From Rhizobium sp. Q54 (GTDB lineage: Bacteria; Pseudomonadota; Alphaproteobacteria; Micropepsales; Micropepsaceae), in assembly GCA_945860165.1 (NCBI GenBank), contig CAMAPL010000012.1, forward strand, positions 679 through 64,678: a stretch of DNA of 64,000 bases. Direction: 5' to 3'. The position numbers and the translations under genes are program-made. The notes below the pieces were generated by a model. It had not been told where the DNA came from, made no database searches, and was given only the letters and a program-made list of their open reading frames with translations. Below are positions 16,716 to 25,253 of the stretch, one piece after another; position 1 is the first letter of the stretch; each line of letters opens with the position of its first letter.

Positions 16716-17597
16716 TTAGACTTTTACAGGCTCGCGATGCGAGAAATACTTGTTCTGCGCCGTGCTCTGGTTTTCGTAGATCGAGCCCTGGCGCGGTGAC
16801 GGCGGCAGCGGCATCCGCACGGGAGCAGGTACGATACGCGGCGTGTTGGTCGGCGTGCCCGACACCAGATGGCGATTATACTGTTCCCAATCCTTGATGC
16901 CCATCAGCGGAAAGGCGTCGCCGGCGGAGAATTCATAGAGCAGCAGCCGGCGCGGCTTGTCCGAGACATTCTGCGCCGAGCCATGCACCAGGCGGACATG
17001 ATGAAAGCTCATCGAACCGGCCTTACCGATCAGCGGCACGGCGCTTTCAAAATCCACGTCCTTGCGGGTCGGGTCCATGGCGCCGCAGAAGTACCCGTCC
17101 GAATGATGGTCCCAGGCGGGTCCCTTGTGCGAACCGGGCACCACCATCAGCGGGCCGTTTTCCATGAAGGCGTCATCCAGCATCACGCCGACCGCCAGCA
17201 TGTCGTCATTGGTATGGGGGTAGAAGGCCCAGTCCTGGTGCCATTCCACTGGCGAGCCGTAATGCGGCGACTTCAGGTTGATCTTGGAGCTTTGCAGCCG
17301 CACGCCCGACGGGCCCAGCAGCTTTTCCAATATGCCGACCATGCGCGGATACTGCGCCAACTCCCAGAACACCGGTGTATGGCTGTGGGGCAGCTTGATG
17401 CGGCGAACCTTGGGATTTTGCGGTGTGTGGCCCGGCTCCAGGTCATAGACATCGGTGTGTTCGGACACACAAGCCGCATCGGCCACCAACGCGCCCAGCG
17501 CATCACGCAGCCGCGCCAGCAGGTCCGGCGCGATCACGTCTGGAACGACCAGGTACCCGGTTTCATGATAGCGCGCGATGTCGCTGTCAGTGATCAT
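16716..17597 (-). CDS. Phytanoyl-CoA dioxygenase (PhyH) family Fe(II)/2-oxoglutarate oxygenase
   Basis: 293 aa. The N-terminus is YHETGYLVVPDVI. The WHQDW (HxD) plus HHVRLVHGS facial triad pattern fits the family. Confidence 0.85.
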   Translation of the reverse strand: MITDSDIARYHETGYLVVPDVIAPDLLARLRDALGALVADAACVSEHTDVYDLEPGHTPQNPKVRRIKLPHSHTPVFWELAQYPRMVGILEKLLGPSGVRLQSSKINLKSPHYGSPVEWHQDWAFYPHTNDDMLAVGVMLDDAFMENGPLMVVPGSHKGPAWDHHSDGYFCGAMDPTRKDVDFESAVPLIGKAGSMSFHHVRLVHGSAQNVSDKPRRLLLYEFSAGDAFPLMGIKDWEQYNRHLVSGTPTNTPRIVPAPVRMPLPPSPRQGSIYENQSTAQNKYFSHREPVKV

Positions 17598-17652
17598 GCG
17601 CGCGATGCTAGGGCCAGGGTGCGCCAGACGTCAATTATGCAGCTGCGAAGCG

Positions 17653-18747
17653 TCAGGGACGGATGGCGTGCGCCAGCAAGGCTTCCCATTGCGCGGCACG
17701 AGCCGTCCAGGTGCTGATGCGGTTGACGGCCTGCATCTGTGCGAAGCGCGCCTGCGCCCATTGCGCGGGGTCGCGCAGGAAATCGGCTTCGTTTCTGTCC
17801 AGCAGCGCGGTGATGCCCCCGACATGGGTTTGCCGCGTGAAATTGCCCGCCACAGGCAGCAGGTCGGCAAAGCCCATGGTGGTTTCCGGCAGGGCGCCGA
17901 ACGTATTGCTGATGACCTTGAGGCCGGCGGCCAGGGCTTCCTGCGCCACGATGCAATAGGTCTCGACGAAGGTGGAGGGATAGACGAGGAACGCGGCCTG
18001 GCGGAATTGCCGCGCCAGCTCCGCCTGCCCCACCCCACCATGATGACGGATGCGCGGATTTCGCCCCATCGCGGTAAACAGCGCTGCGAAGCGGTCGTCC
18101 GATGTCTGATAGGCCCGCATGGACGAAAATACATCCAGTTCGGTCTGCGCTCTGGTGCGGGCCATCACCTCCACCAGCTCGTCCAGCCCTCGAAACGGCA
18201 TGCTGGCATAGACGGCGCGGTTCTGCTTGGCGGCCAGCAGGTCCTCGGCGCTGGAAAACATGTTCTCGAAGCAGGGGCTTATGGCATTGCCAATCACCAC
18301 GCCTTTAGTAGCGAGACGGAAGTCCGCACGCTGGCTCTCGCTGACATAAACGATACAATCGAGTTGATTTTGGACCTGCGGCAGCAGCGCCAGCGCCGGC
18401 TGGTTGGCATAGACATGCGGCCAGGCGATGTTGAGGGTGCGAGGGCTGCCGCTCCTTATATAGGGGGCGATGTCGGGATAATTGACCGCAATGGCGGCGT
18501 CATAGTTCTGCTTGCGGAAAAACCCCGCTGGATCGCCCAGAACCGGCTGGATGGGCAGATGGTGCACGCCCATCAGGGTCGACGGCGTTCCTGCCGGCAG
18601 CAGCGACACTAGGGTGACATCATGGCCGCGCGCTGCCAGATGCCGCGACAGGTAACACAGGCACGAGGCGATGCCGCCCAGCGGCTCGGCTTCCGGCGTG
18701 GCGACATTGAACGCCATGGTGCTGGGATTGAAGAAAATAATTCTCAT
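17653..18747 (-). CDS. Glycosyltransferase family 4 (GT-B)
   Basis: 364 aa. MRIIFFNP...GGIASCLCYLSRHLAARGHDVTLV is an N-terminal GT4 pattern. FVETYCIVAQEALAAG is the E-x7-E motif. Confidence 0.8.
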   Translation of the reverse strand: MRIIFFNPSTMAFNVATPEAEPLGGIASCLCYLSRHLAARGHDVTLVSLLPAGTPSTLMGVHHLPIQPVLGDPAGFFRKQNYDAAIAVNYPDIAPYIRSGSPRTLNIAWPHVYANQPALALLPQVQNQLDCIVYVSESQRADFRLATKGVVIGNAISPCFENMFSSAEDLLAAKQNRAVYASMPFRGLDELVEVMARTRAQTELDVFSSMRAYQTSDDRFAALFTAMGRNPRIRHHGGVGQAELARQFRQAAFLVYPSTFVETYCIVAQEALAAGLKVISNTFGALPETTMGFADLLPVAGNFTRQTHVGGITALLDRNEADFLRDPAQWAQARFAQMQAVNRISTWTARAAQWEALLAHAIRP

Positions 18748-18774
18748 GCCGTTGAAGATTGCATGGCAGGGCGC

Positions 18775-18808
18775 AAAGAAAAAGGCGCTCCGCTTGGGGA
18801 GCGCCTTT
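18775..18808 (-). terminator. Rho-independent terminator after the GMC flavoprotein gene
   Basis: The minus strand reads AAAGGCGCTCCCCAAGCGGAGCGCCTTTTTCTTTG. This is a GC stem followed by a T tract, 17 nt after the stop. Confidence 0.7.
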
Positions 18809-18824
18809 CGCCAGATGACGGATT

Positions 18825-20495
18825 CTAGATGGTGACGTTACCCGCTTTCGCGGCTTTTACGAGGTGTTCGGCACAGCGATAGGCCAGCGCCGAGATGGTC
18901 ATGGTGGGATGGTTGCGCCCGCCGGTGACCATGCTGGAGCCGTCCACCACGAACAGGTTGGGCACGTCATGGGCGCGGTGATACTTGTTGACCACCGAAC
19001 TCTTGGCATCGTTGCCCATGCGGCAGGTGCCGCGGGCATGCGAACCGCCACGGCTGTCGGACAGTGTATCAGCCCATACCTCGGTGGCGCCCGCCGCCTT
19101 CAATATCTCCACCGACTTGTCGATGAAGAAGCGCATCCCTTTGAAGTCATTCTCATGGCTGGTGGTGGTGATGCGCAGCGCCGGCAGGCCCCAGGCATCC
19201 TTGGCGTCAGGGTCCAGGTCCACCATGTTGGTTTCCAGCGGCAGCTGGGAGATGAAGTTGACCAGGGTGAGCCTGCGGTTGGACTGCTCGATCAGCGCCT
19301 TCTTGTAGCCGGCACCCCAGCTCGGCGCGCCCAGCGGGCCCGACAGGCCATACTGGATCGGCGACATCTGGCCACGCGCCGTCATGCGGCCACCGCCATA
19401 CCAGCCGCGCCCCTTCACGTCGTTGGGGACATAGGACAGCACGGCCGCGCCGGTGACGCAGCCTTTATACTCATTGAGCGGCTCGGCGAAGAGGGCGGAC
19501 GCGCCGCCGCCATTGCCCACCATCAGGTATTTGCCGACGATGCCGCTGGAATTGGCGAGGCCGTTCTGGAAACGGTTGGATTTTGACATCAGCAGCAGGC
19601 GCGGCGATTCCGTGCCATTGGCCGCCAGCACCACGCATTTTGCCTTCTGGAAGACCTCCCGGTTGTCCTTCTTCTTATCGAGATAGATCACGCCGGTGGC
19701 GCGGCCCGCAGCATTGACCGAAATATCGCGGACATAGGAATTAGGACGAATCTCGCAATTGCCGGTCGCGACCGCGATGGGCAGCAGCGACACCGCCGAA
19801 GACGAACGCGCCTTCACCTGACAGCCATAACCCGAGCACATGCCGCAATGAATGCACCCCGAGCGCCCATTATAGGGCTGGGTGATGATGGCGGCGACAT
19901 TGGGCGTCACCACCAGGCCGAGCTTGTCGGCGGCTTTCTGCACCAGCGCGCCCGAGCTTTTCAGCGGCAGCGGCGGCACCGGATAGGGCTTGGACATGGG
20001 CGCGATCAGCGGGGACTGGATGTTGGGGCCGGAAATGCCGATCTCCCATTCCGCCTGGACGTAATAGGGTTCCAGCTCCTTGTAGCTGATGGGCCAGTCG
20101 GCGATGCCGGTGCCCTTCATCGTGCCGAAGCGGCTGGCTTCGTCGAACTCCCAGGGCAGATGCCGCCAGGACGAGGCGCCGTAAGTCACGGTGCCGCCGC
20201 CGACCACGCAGCCGAAATTGTGATTGCCGGGCGTGGCCTTTTCACTGGCGTTGCGGCGGAAGGTGTTGACGTGCTTTTTCGGATCGCTGATCAGCAACTC
20301 GTCTTCTGTTGGAAAGCGGTTGGATAGCTCGTCCTTGCTGTAATCCTGCTCATGGCCATAGGCGCCCCAGCCGCCCTGCTCCATGATCACCACCGAGAAA
20401 CCGGCCATGGCAAGCTGCTTGGCCATCACCGAACCGCCGGCGCCGGTGCCAATCACCACGAAATCCACTTCCTCGTTCGGGCTGTATTTTTTCAT
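18825..20495 (-). CDS. GMC-family FAD oxidoreductase (gluconate 2-dehydrogenase flavoprotein-subunit-like)
   Basis: I take the start at MKKYSPNEEVDFVVIGTGAGGSVMAKQLA (a Rossmann GxGxxG). No signal peptide. It begins 4 nt after the Tat-signal small subunit gene. The longer track ORF overlaps that gene. Confidence 0.85.
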   Translation of the reverse strand: MKKYSPNEEVDFVVIGTGAGGSVMAKQLAMAGFSVVIMEQGGWGAYGHEQDYSKDELSNRFPTEDELLISDPKKHVNTFRRNASEKATPGNHNFGCVVGGGTVTYGASSWRHLPWEFDEASRFGTMKGTGIADWPISYKELEPYYVQAEWEIGISGPNIQSPLIAPMSKPYPVPPLPLKSSGALVQKAADKLGLVVTPNVAAIITQPYNGRSGCIHCGMCSGYGCQVKARSSSAVSLLPIAVATGNCEIRPNSYVRDISVNAAGRATGVIYLDKKKDNREVFQKAKCVVLAANGTESPRLLLMSKSNRFQNGLANSSGIVGKYLMVGNGGGASALFAEPLNEYKGCVTGAAVLSYVPNDVKGRGWYGGGRMTARGQMSPIQYGLSGPLGAPSWGAGYKKALIEQSNRRLTLVNFISQLPLETNMVDLDPDAKDAWGLPALRITTTSHENDFKGMRFFIDKSVEILKAAGATEVWADTLSDSRGGSHARGTCRMGNDAKSSVVNKYHRAHDVPNLFVVDGSSMVTGGRNHPTMTISALAYRCAEHLVKAAKAGNVTI

Positions 20496-20499
20496 CGCA

Positions 20500-21030
20500 T
20501 CACGCCTTGTCATAGGCGCCGAAGGGCGCGCGGAAGTTGAGGCTGTCGTCGAAGCCGATCTGCTTCCAGCCGACCTTCTGGAAATTTCCGCCATGCTGGG
20601 GCGCGGAGAACATGCCCATGATGGTGTGGTCGCGCACGGTGCGGAAGAAGGGCGCGGTTTCGATGGACGTGAGCAGCGCGATCTGGTCGGCCGCCGCCAT
20701 GGCGCCCAGCGGTTTGCCGCCGGTCCTGGCCAACAGCTCGCCGAAGCCCGTCTTGTAGATCGCCTGCTTGTCATGGGCGAAGGTCACCAGCGCCAGGTCG
20801 ATGAAATAGATCACCTGCGCTTCTTTGGCGCCGGGCGTGGAGTCGCTGGGATAGATCTGCTGCGCCATGGCGTCGATATCCATCGCCTGGGGGCGCGTGA
20901 AGAAAGTGAAGTGGCCCATCTGCTGGGCCGCTTCCGCCGCCGCCACCTGGGTGGGCCAGTTAGCCGCCAGCCAGGCGGTGGTGCCGGCACTGAAGCCCCG
21001 CAGCAGGAATGTCCGTCGGGTAGCGCTCAT
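20500..21030 (-). CDS. Gluconate 2-dehydrogenase subunit 3 (gamma)-family small subunit with Tat signal
   Basis: I take the start at MSATRRTFLLRGFSAGTTAWLA (a twin-arginine motif), preceded by GGAGCAG. The 176-aa product contains ...PSDSTPGAKEAQVIYFIDLAL..., typical of this family. Confidence 0.8.
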   Translation of the reverse strand: MSATRRTFLLRGFSAGTTAWLAANWPTQVAAAEAAQQMGHFTFFTRPQAMDIDAMAQQIYPSDSTPGAKEAQVIYFIDLALVTFAHDKQAIYKTGFGELLARTGGKPLGAMAAADQIALLTSIETAPFFRTVRDHTIMGMFSAPQHGGNFQKVGWKQIGFDDSLNFRAPFGAYDKA

Positions 21031-21040
21031 GAGCTGCTCC

Positions 21041-22060
21041 TTACTTTTTCTGATATCGGGTGATGCCGCGCGGCACGACATTGACTGCGCCATACATATG
21101 GCCGTTGGGGGCGACGACCACGCCCTCGCCCGCCGTATCGTCCGGCACGAAGGCTTCGGCCTTGCCCTCGCGAATGGAACCGATCCACACACCCTTCTTC
21201 CAGCCGCCGGGATGGTTGGCTTCGCTGGAGTCGGCGTCGATGGCATAGAGCCGGTCGCCGGTGATGTAGAAGCCGCTGGGGCGTCCGAACTGCATCCACT
21301 CGTCGATGAACTTGCCGTCCTGGTCAAAGATCATGGTGCGGTTGTTGACGCGGTCGGCCACGTACAGGCGGCCACGCGCGTCCAGCGCCAAAGCGTGGGG
21401 ATTGTTGAAATCGCCACGGCCCGCGCCCGCCTTGCCCCATTGCTTGATGAACTTGCCGCTCCTGTCGAACTTCATCACACGCATGTTCAGGTCGGGTGGA
21501 ACGATATTGGCGATCGGCGCATGGCCGTCGGTGACGAAAATGTCGCCATTATGGGCGGTGATCACATCGCTGGGCGACTGGAAATGACTTTCGTCATTAC
21601 CGCGCTGGCCGGCGGTGCCCAGGCGCAGCAGCACCTTGCCGTCCGGCGACAGCTTGATGACCTGAAGGCCCTTGGTGCCATCCTTGCTAACACCGCCATC
21701 GGTCACCCAGACATTGCCGGAACGGTCGACATGCAGCCCGTGCGGAAACACGAACAGGCCGGCGCCGAGGCTCTTGATCGCCTTGCCGGTGTTCATGTCC
21801 AGCTGAATGACGGCGCCGCGGTCGGAGCCGTCGCAGCTGTTGGCGCCGCAGCGGTCTATCGCCCAGATCTCGCCGCGCGGACCGCGCTCGATACCGGCGG
21901 TGGAGCCCCACTTGGCGTCGACGCCCTCAGGAGACGCCCACTGGTTTTCGGGCTTGCCGTAGGGGCTGGGAATATCCTGCGCCAAGGCCGTCACCGGCAG
22001 GCTGACGACCACGGCCAGTACAAAAGAAAATTTCACGCGCCCCACCCTTCGCTGTGCCAA
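21041..22060 (-). CDS. Exported NHL-repeat beta-propeller protein (peptidyl-alpha-hydroxyglycine lyase-like)
   Basis: The Sec leader ends ...SLPVTALAQD. Repeated ...GNVWVTD / ...GDIFVTD / ...GRLYVAD blades are present. The start is uncertain: TTG at 22060, or GTG at 22036 with a better SD. Confidence 0.72.
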   Translation of the reverse strand: MAQRRVGRVKFSFVLAVVVSLPVTALAQDIPSPYGKPENQWASPEGVDAKWGSTAGIERGPRGEIWAIDRCGANSCDGSDRGAVIQLDMNTGKAIKSLGAGLFVFPHGLHVDRSGNVWVTDGGVSKDGTKGLQVIKLSPDGKVLLRLGTAGQRGNDESHFQSPSDVITAHNGDIFVTDGHAPIANIVPPDLNMRVMKFDRSGKFIKQWGKAGAGRGDFNNPHALALDARGRLYVADRVNNRTMIFDQDGKFIDEWMQFGRPSGFYITGDRLYAIDADSSEANHPGGWKKGVWIGSIREGKAEAFVPDDTAGEGVVVAPNGHMYGAVNVVPRGITRYQKK

Positions 22061-22223
22061 TTCCGGCTTGTCCAGCCACGCTATTCCTGCCCCGGCGGCG
22101 CGTCAAAAGCCGTAAAATCTGAGAGAAAGTCTTATCTGCCGCTGCGGCGCAGCATCCGCCTTGCCGGACTGCCCTGTTCGGTTATGGTCGCGGCCGGAAA
22201 AACTGCATCAGGGAAGAACCGAC

Positions 22224-23201
22224 ATGAAGATTCTGATCACCGGCTCGGGCGGCATGATCGGGCGCAAGCTGGTCGAACGGCTGGCGCGCGACAAGACGCT
22301 GGGCGGCAAAGCCATCACCGGCCTCACCCTGGTGGATGTGGTGGACAGTCCCATCCCCGAAGGTTGCCCCAATAACAGCAAGGGCATTGTCACGGATTTT
22401 TCCGAACGCGGCGTCGCCACCACCCTGATATCCGAGCGCCCCGATGTGATCTTCCACCTCGCCGCCATCGTGTCGGGCGATGCCGAAGCCAATTTCGAGA
22501 AGGGCTACAAGATCAACTTCAACGGCAGCAGGGCTTTTTTCGAAGCTGTCCGGCTGGAAAGCGACAAGTCGCCCTACAAGCCGCGCTTTGTCTTCGCCTC
22601 GACCCTGGCGGTGTTCGGCCCGCCCTTCCCCGATCCCATTCCCGACGATTTCGCGCTGACCCCCACCACCAGCTACGGCACCCAGAAGGCGATGACCGAG
22701 TTGATGCTGGCCGATTACAGCCGCAAGGGATTCCTGGACGGCGTCGGCGTGCGCCTGCCCACCATCTGCATCCGCCCGGGCAAGCCCAACAAGGCGGCCT
22801 CCAGCTTCTTCTCAGGGATTTTGCGCGAACCTCTGGCGGGCCAGGAAGCACCGCTGCCGGTGGGCGATGAGGTGCGGCACTGGTTCGCCAGCCCGCGCGC
22901 CGCGGTCAACTTCTTCATCAACGCCGCAACCATCGACACATCGTCGCTGGGGCCGCGCCGCTCCATGACCATGCCGGGCGTCTCCGCCACGGTGGGCGAG
23001 CAGATCGAGGCGCTGCGCAAAGCGGCGGGCAACAAGGCCGTGGCGCTGATCAAGCGCATCGACGATCCGTTCGTCGCCAAGATCGTGCAGGGCTGGGCGG
23101 GACGCTACAAGCCGGACCTCGCCACCAGGATGGGTTTCAAGGCGGAAAAGAATTTCGACGAGATCATCGCCATCTATCAGGAAGACGAGATGGGCAAGTA
23201 A
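22224..23201 (+). CDS. NAD-dependent epimerase/dehydratase family SDR (D-erythronate dehydrogenase-like)
   Basis: I take the start at MKILITGSGGMIGRKLVERL (a GxxGxxG Rossmann). 325 aa. The specific substrate assignment is only a recollection-level guess. Confidence 0.78.
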   Translation: MKILITGSGGMIGRKLVERLARDKTLGGKAITGLTLVDVVDSPIPEGCPNNSKGIVTDFSERGVATTLISERPDVIFHLAAIVSGDAEANFEKGYKINFNGSRAFFEAVRLESDKSPYKPRFVFASTLAVFGPPFPDPIPDDFALTPTTSYGTQKAMTELMLADYSRKGFLDGVGVRLPTICIRPGKPNKAASSFFSGILREPLAGQEAPLPVGDEVRHWFASPRAAVNFFINAATIDTSSLGPRRSMTMPGVSATVGEQIEALRKAAGNKAVALIKRIDDPFVAKIVQGWAGRYKPDLATRMGFKAEKNFDEIIAIYQEDEMGK

Positions 23202-23242
23202 TCCTGACCTGACGGATATTTTGTACCAGCGGCATAGTGAGA

Positions 23243-24111
23243 CTATTGCATCGCGGCCGCCTGATCCAGAGGTGGTGGGACTGGGCTAAATGCCTGTGGT
23301 GCGGGTGGCCGATATCCCAGGGATGAATGGGGTCTGGCAGTGTTGTAGTGACTACGCCATTGCCCAATCACAGCCTTGGCCTCCTTCAGGCTGTAGAAGA
23401 TCTCCCCATTGAGAATCTCGTCACACAGCTTGCCGTTGAAGCTCTCGCAATAACCATTTTCCCACGGGCTTCCAGGCTCAATGTACAGCGTCCTAGCCCC
23501 AACACTCGCAAGCCAGCTGCGTACTATCTTGGACGTCATCTCCGGCCTATTGTCTGACCGGATATGCTCCGGAACACCGCGGGTCAACATCACGTCGGCC
23601 ATAGCCTCAATCACACACAGACTATTGATCCGTCTGGCAACACGGATCGCTAGGCATTCCCGCGTGAACTCGTCAATCAGCGTCATAAGCCGCACCTTGC
23701 GGCCGTCATGCGTCTAGGCTTCGACAAAGTCGTAAGACCAGACGTGGTTACGCCGTTCCGGTCTCAGCCGGATGCAAGACCCATCATTGAGCCATAAACG
23801 GCTCCTAGCCCTCTGCTTACTGGGAACTTTAAGCCCCTCGCGGCGCCAGATGCGTTGCACGCGGTCAGTGCCAACGGCCCATCCAGAATCCCTGAGCAGC
23901 CACGTGATCCGACGATAGCCATAGCGGCCATACTCTGACGCCAGACCAATAATGGCCTGGGTCAGAGCATCTTCGTCCAAACGAGCAATCACTGTGTAAC
24001 GCTGCGTACCACGTGGCTGACCAACGAGCCGGCAGGCATGACGTTCCGAGAGACAGTACTTCTCACGAGCCCCCGCAACCGCCTGCCGGCGCCGTTCGGG
24101 GCTTACAAGTT
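23243..24111 (-). pseudogene. IS3-family transposase OrfB (DDE) with an in-frame TAG
   Basis: The -1 frame relative to orfA is open from about 24111 (GKLVSPERRRQAV...). ...HVWSYDFVEA-TAG(23714-23716)-THDGRKVRLMTLIDEFTRECLAI... is continuous homology interrupted by a stop. The C-terminus ...SDNRPEMTS...YIEPGSPWENGYCESFNGKL is the DDE region. Confidence 0.8.
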
Positions 24112-24381
24112 TCCCGAGGCGATATCCTTGAGGACCTGCTTATCCAGTGAAAGATCCGCCACCAGCCGTTTCAGCCGGGCATTCTCTTTCTCCAGGTCCT
24201 TCATACGCCTAGCCTGATCAAGCTCTAAACCGCCATATTCCTTGCGCCAGCGGTAGTAGCTCTGCTGCGATATCCCAGCTTCTCGGCACGCCATCGGGGC
24301 ACCCTTGCCCTGCGATATCAAAACCTCAATCTGGCGCAGCAAAATCACAATCTGCTCCGCGCTAAAACGCTTCTTCGGCAT
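24103..24381 (-). CDS. IS3-family transposase OrfA (HTH)
   Basis: MPKKRFSAEQIVILLRQIEVLISQGKGAPMACREAGISQQSYYRWRKEYGGLELDQARRMKDLEKENARLKRLVADLSLDKQVLK is a classical IS3 OrfA with a leucine zipper. Confidence 0.85.
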   Translation of the reverse strand: MPKKRFSAEQIVILLRQIEVLISQGKGAPMACREAGISQQSYYRWRKEYGGLELDQARRMKDLEKENARLKRLVADLSLDKQVLKDIASGNL

Positions 24382-24445
24382 AGCCAGGTTCCTTTCCAAG
24401 TCAGTTTCTATCAAACCGCTTGGTACAAAAAGACCCGGTCAGGTC

Positions 24446-24685
24446 ATGACCGCCAGCGGCCTCACCTTCATTGCCGGCACCGACGACGCGCGCCTGCGCG
24501 CCTTTGACAGCCGGACGGGCAAGGAATTGTGGACATACAAGCTGGACCATTCGGCCCATGCCACGCCCATCACCTATCGCGGCAAGGACGGACGGCAGTT
24601 TGTGGCCATCGTCGCAACGGGCGGCTCGTACCTGAACAGCCCGGGCGGCGGCGACAGTCTGCTGGTGTTCGCGCTGCCGAAATGA
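24446..24685 (+). pseudogene. C-terminal relic (~79 aa) of a PQQ-dependent dehydrogenase
   Basis: TASGLTFIAGTDDARLRAFDSRTGKELWTYKLDHSAHATPITYRGKDGRQFVAIVATGG...LLVFALPK is the last propeller blade of quinoprotein dehydrogenases. It begins exactly at the IS right end, and the rest of the gene is absent. Confidence 0.7.
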
Positions 24686-24891
24686 CTTGTCATTCCCGGC
24701 CGAGCGCCGCATTGCGGCGCGAGGGGTGAGGAGTGGTTCGCGCTAGCGAACGAATGGCCGACCGGCCACTCGAGCGACCAACGCCGTGAGCGGCAGTATG
24801 GGAATCCAGGTCGAAGACTGAGCAACGGTGCCACCTGGATCCCCTGCCCTCACGCCGCGCGATTGCGCGGCGTTCGCCGGGGGTGACAGTT
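24686..24891. repeat. Composite palindromic repeat, copy B (~205 bp, type 2 units as terminal inverted repeats)
   Basis: The left unit is CTTGTCATTCCCGGCCGAGCGCCGCATTGCGGCGCGAGGGGTGAGG. The reverse complement of the right unit is CTGTCACCCCCGGCGAACGCCGCGCAATCGCGCGGCGTGAGGGCAGGGGATCCAGG. It shares GTCAyyCCCGG...GGGGATCCAGG with copy C. Confidence 0.75.
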
Positions 24892-24905
24892 GGGTTGACT
24901 GAAAC

Positions 24906-24942
24906 AAAACGCCGGGGCGGTTTTCACCACCCCGGCGTTTTC
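24906..24942 (-). terminator. Rho-independent (potentially bidirectional) terminator
   Basis: AAAACGCCGGGG-CGGTTTTCACCA-CCCCGGCGTTTT. A 10-bp GC stem is flanked by an A tract and a T tract, 16 nt downstream of the 49-aa gene. Confidence 0.7.
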
Positions 24943-24957
24943 ATGTCTGAAATTGGT

Positions 24958-25107
24958 TCAGGAGAAGAGCTGGATCACGCCATAGACGATCCCGATCAGG
25001 ACCACGAGCAGGCCAGCCACCACGGTCACCGAAAACCAGAAGGGGAAAGCGCCGCCGCCATTGGCCAGCTTGGTTTCGTCCTTGCCTTCTACGTCTGCCG
25101 TCGCCAT
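24958..25107 (-). CDS. Small membrane protein (49 aa)
   Basis: MATADVEGKDETKLANGGGAFPFWFSVTVVAGLLVVLIGIVYGVIQLFS. The SD GGAGA sits 6 nt upstream, there is one TM helix, and the terminator follows. It is below the ORF-track cutoff and its function is unknown. Confidence 0.6.
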   Translation of the reverse strand: MATADVEGKDETKLANGGGAFPFWFSVTVVAGLLVVLIGIVYGVIQLFS

Positions 25108-25253
25108 GGAAATCTCCTTGTTGGCGGTGTTTTCCTTCTCCGCCGGAAATTTGTCAATCTTGGCCCTGCCGCTCGCACAAACTCGCGGCGTTCGGCGCTC
25201 AAATTGGTCCGCAGGACCAATTTGCCCCCACGGGGTCGCGCCTCACCTGTCAA

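Larger units (their letters stand above)
23205..24446 (-). mobile_element. IS3-family insertion sequence (1242 bp), transposase inactivated
   Basis: The terminal inverted repeats are TGACCTGACGGATATTTTGTACCAGCGG (left) and, as the reverse complement of the right end, TGACCTGACCGGGTCTTTTTGTACCAAGCGG. orfA and a -1-frame orfB lie inside. The flanks TCC and TGA give no target duplication. Confidence 0.85.

Noticed and set aside
20867-22375. 502-aa plus-strand ORF
   Set aside because: It overlaps the NHL-propeller and gamma-subunit genes in antisense and runs across the divergent promoter into the SDR gene region. No motifs are present.
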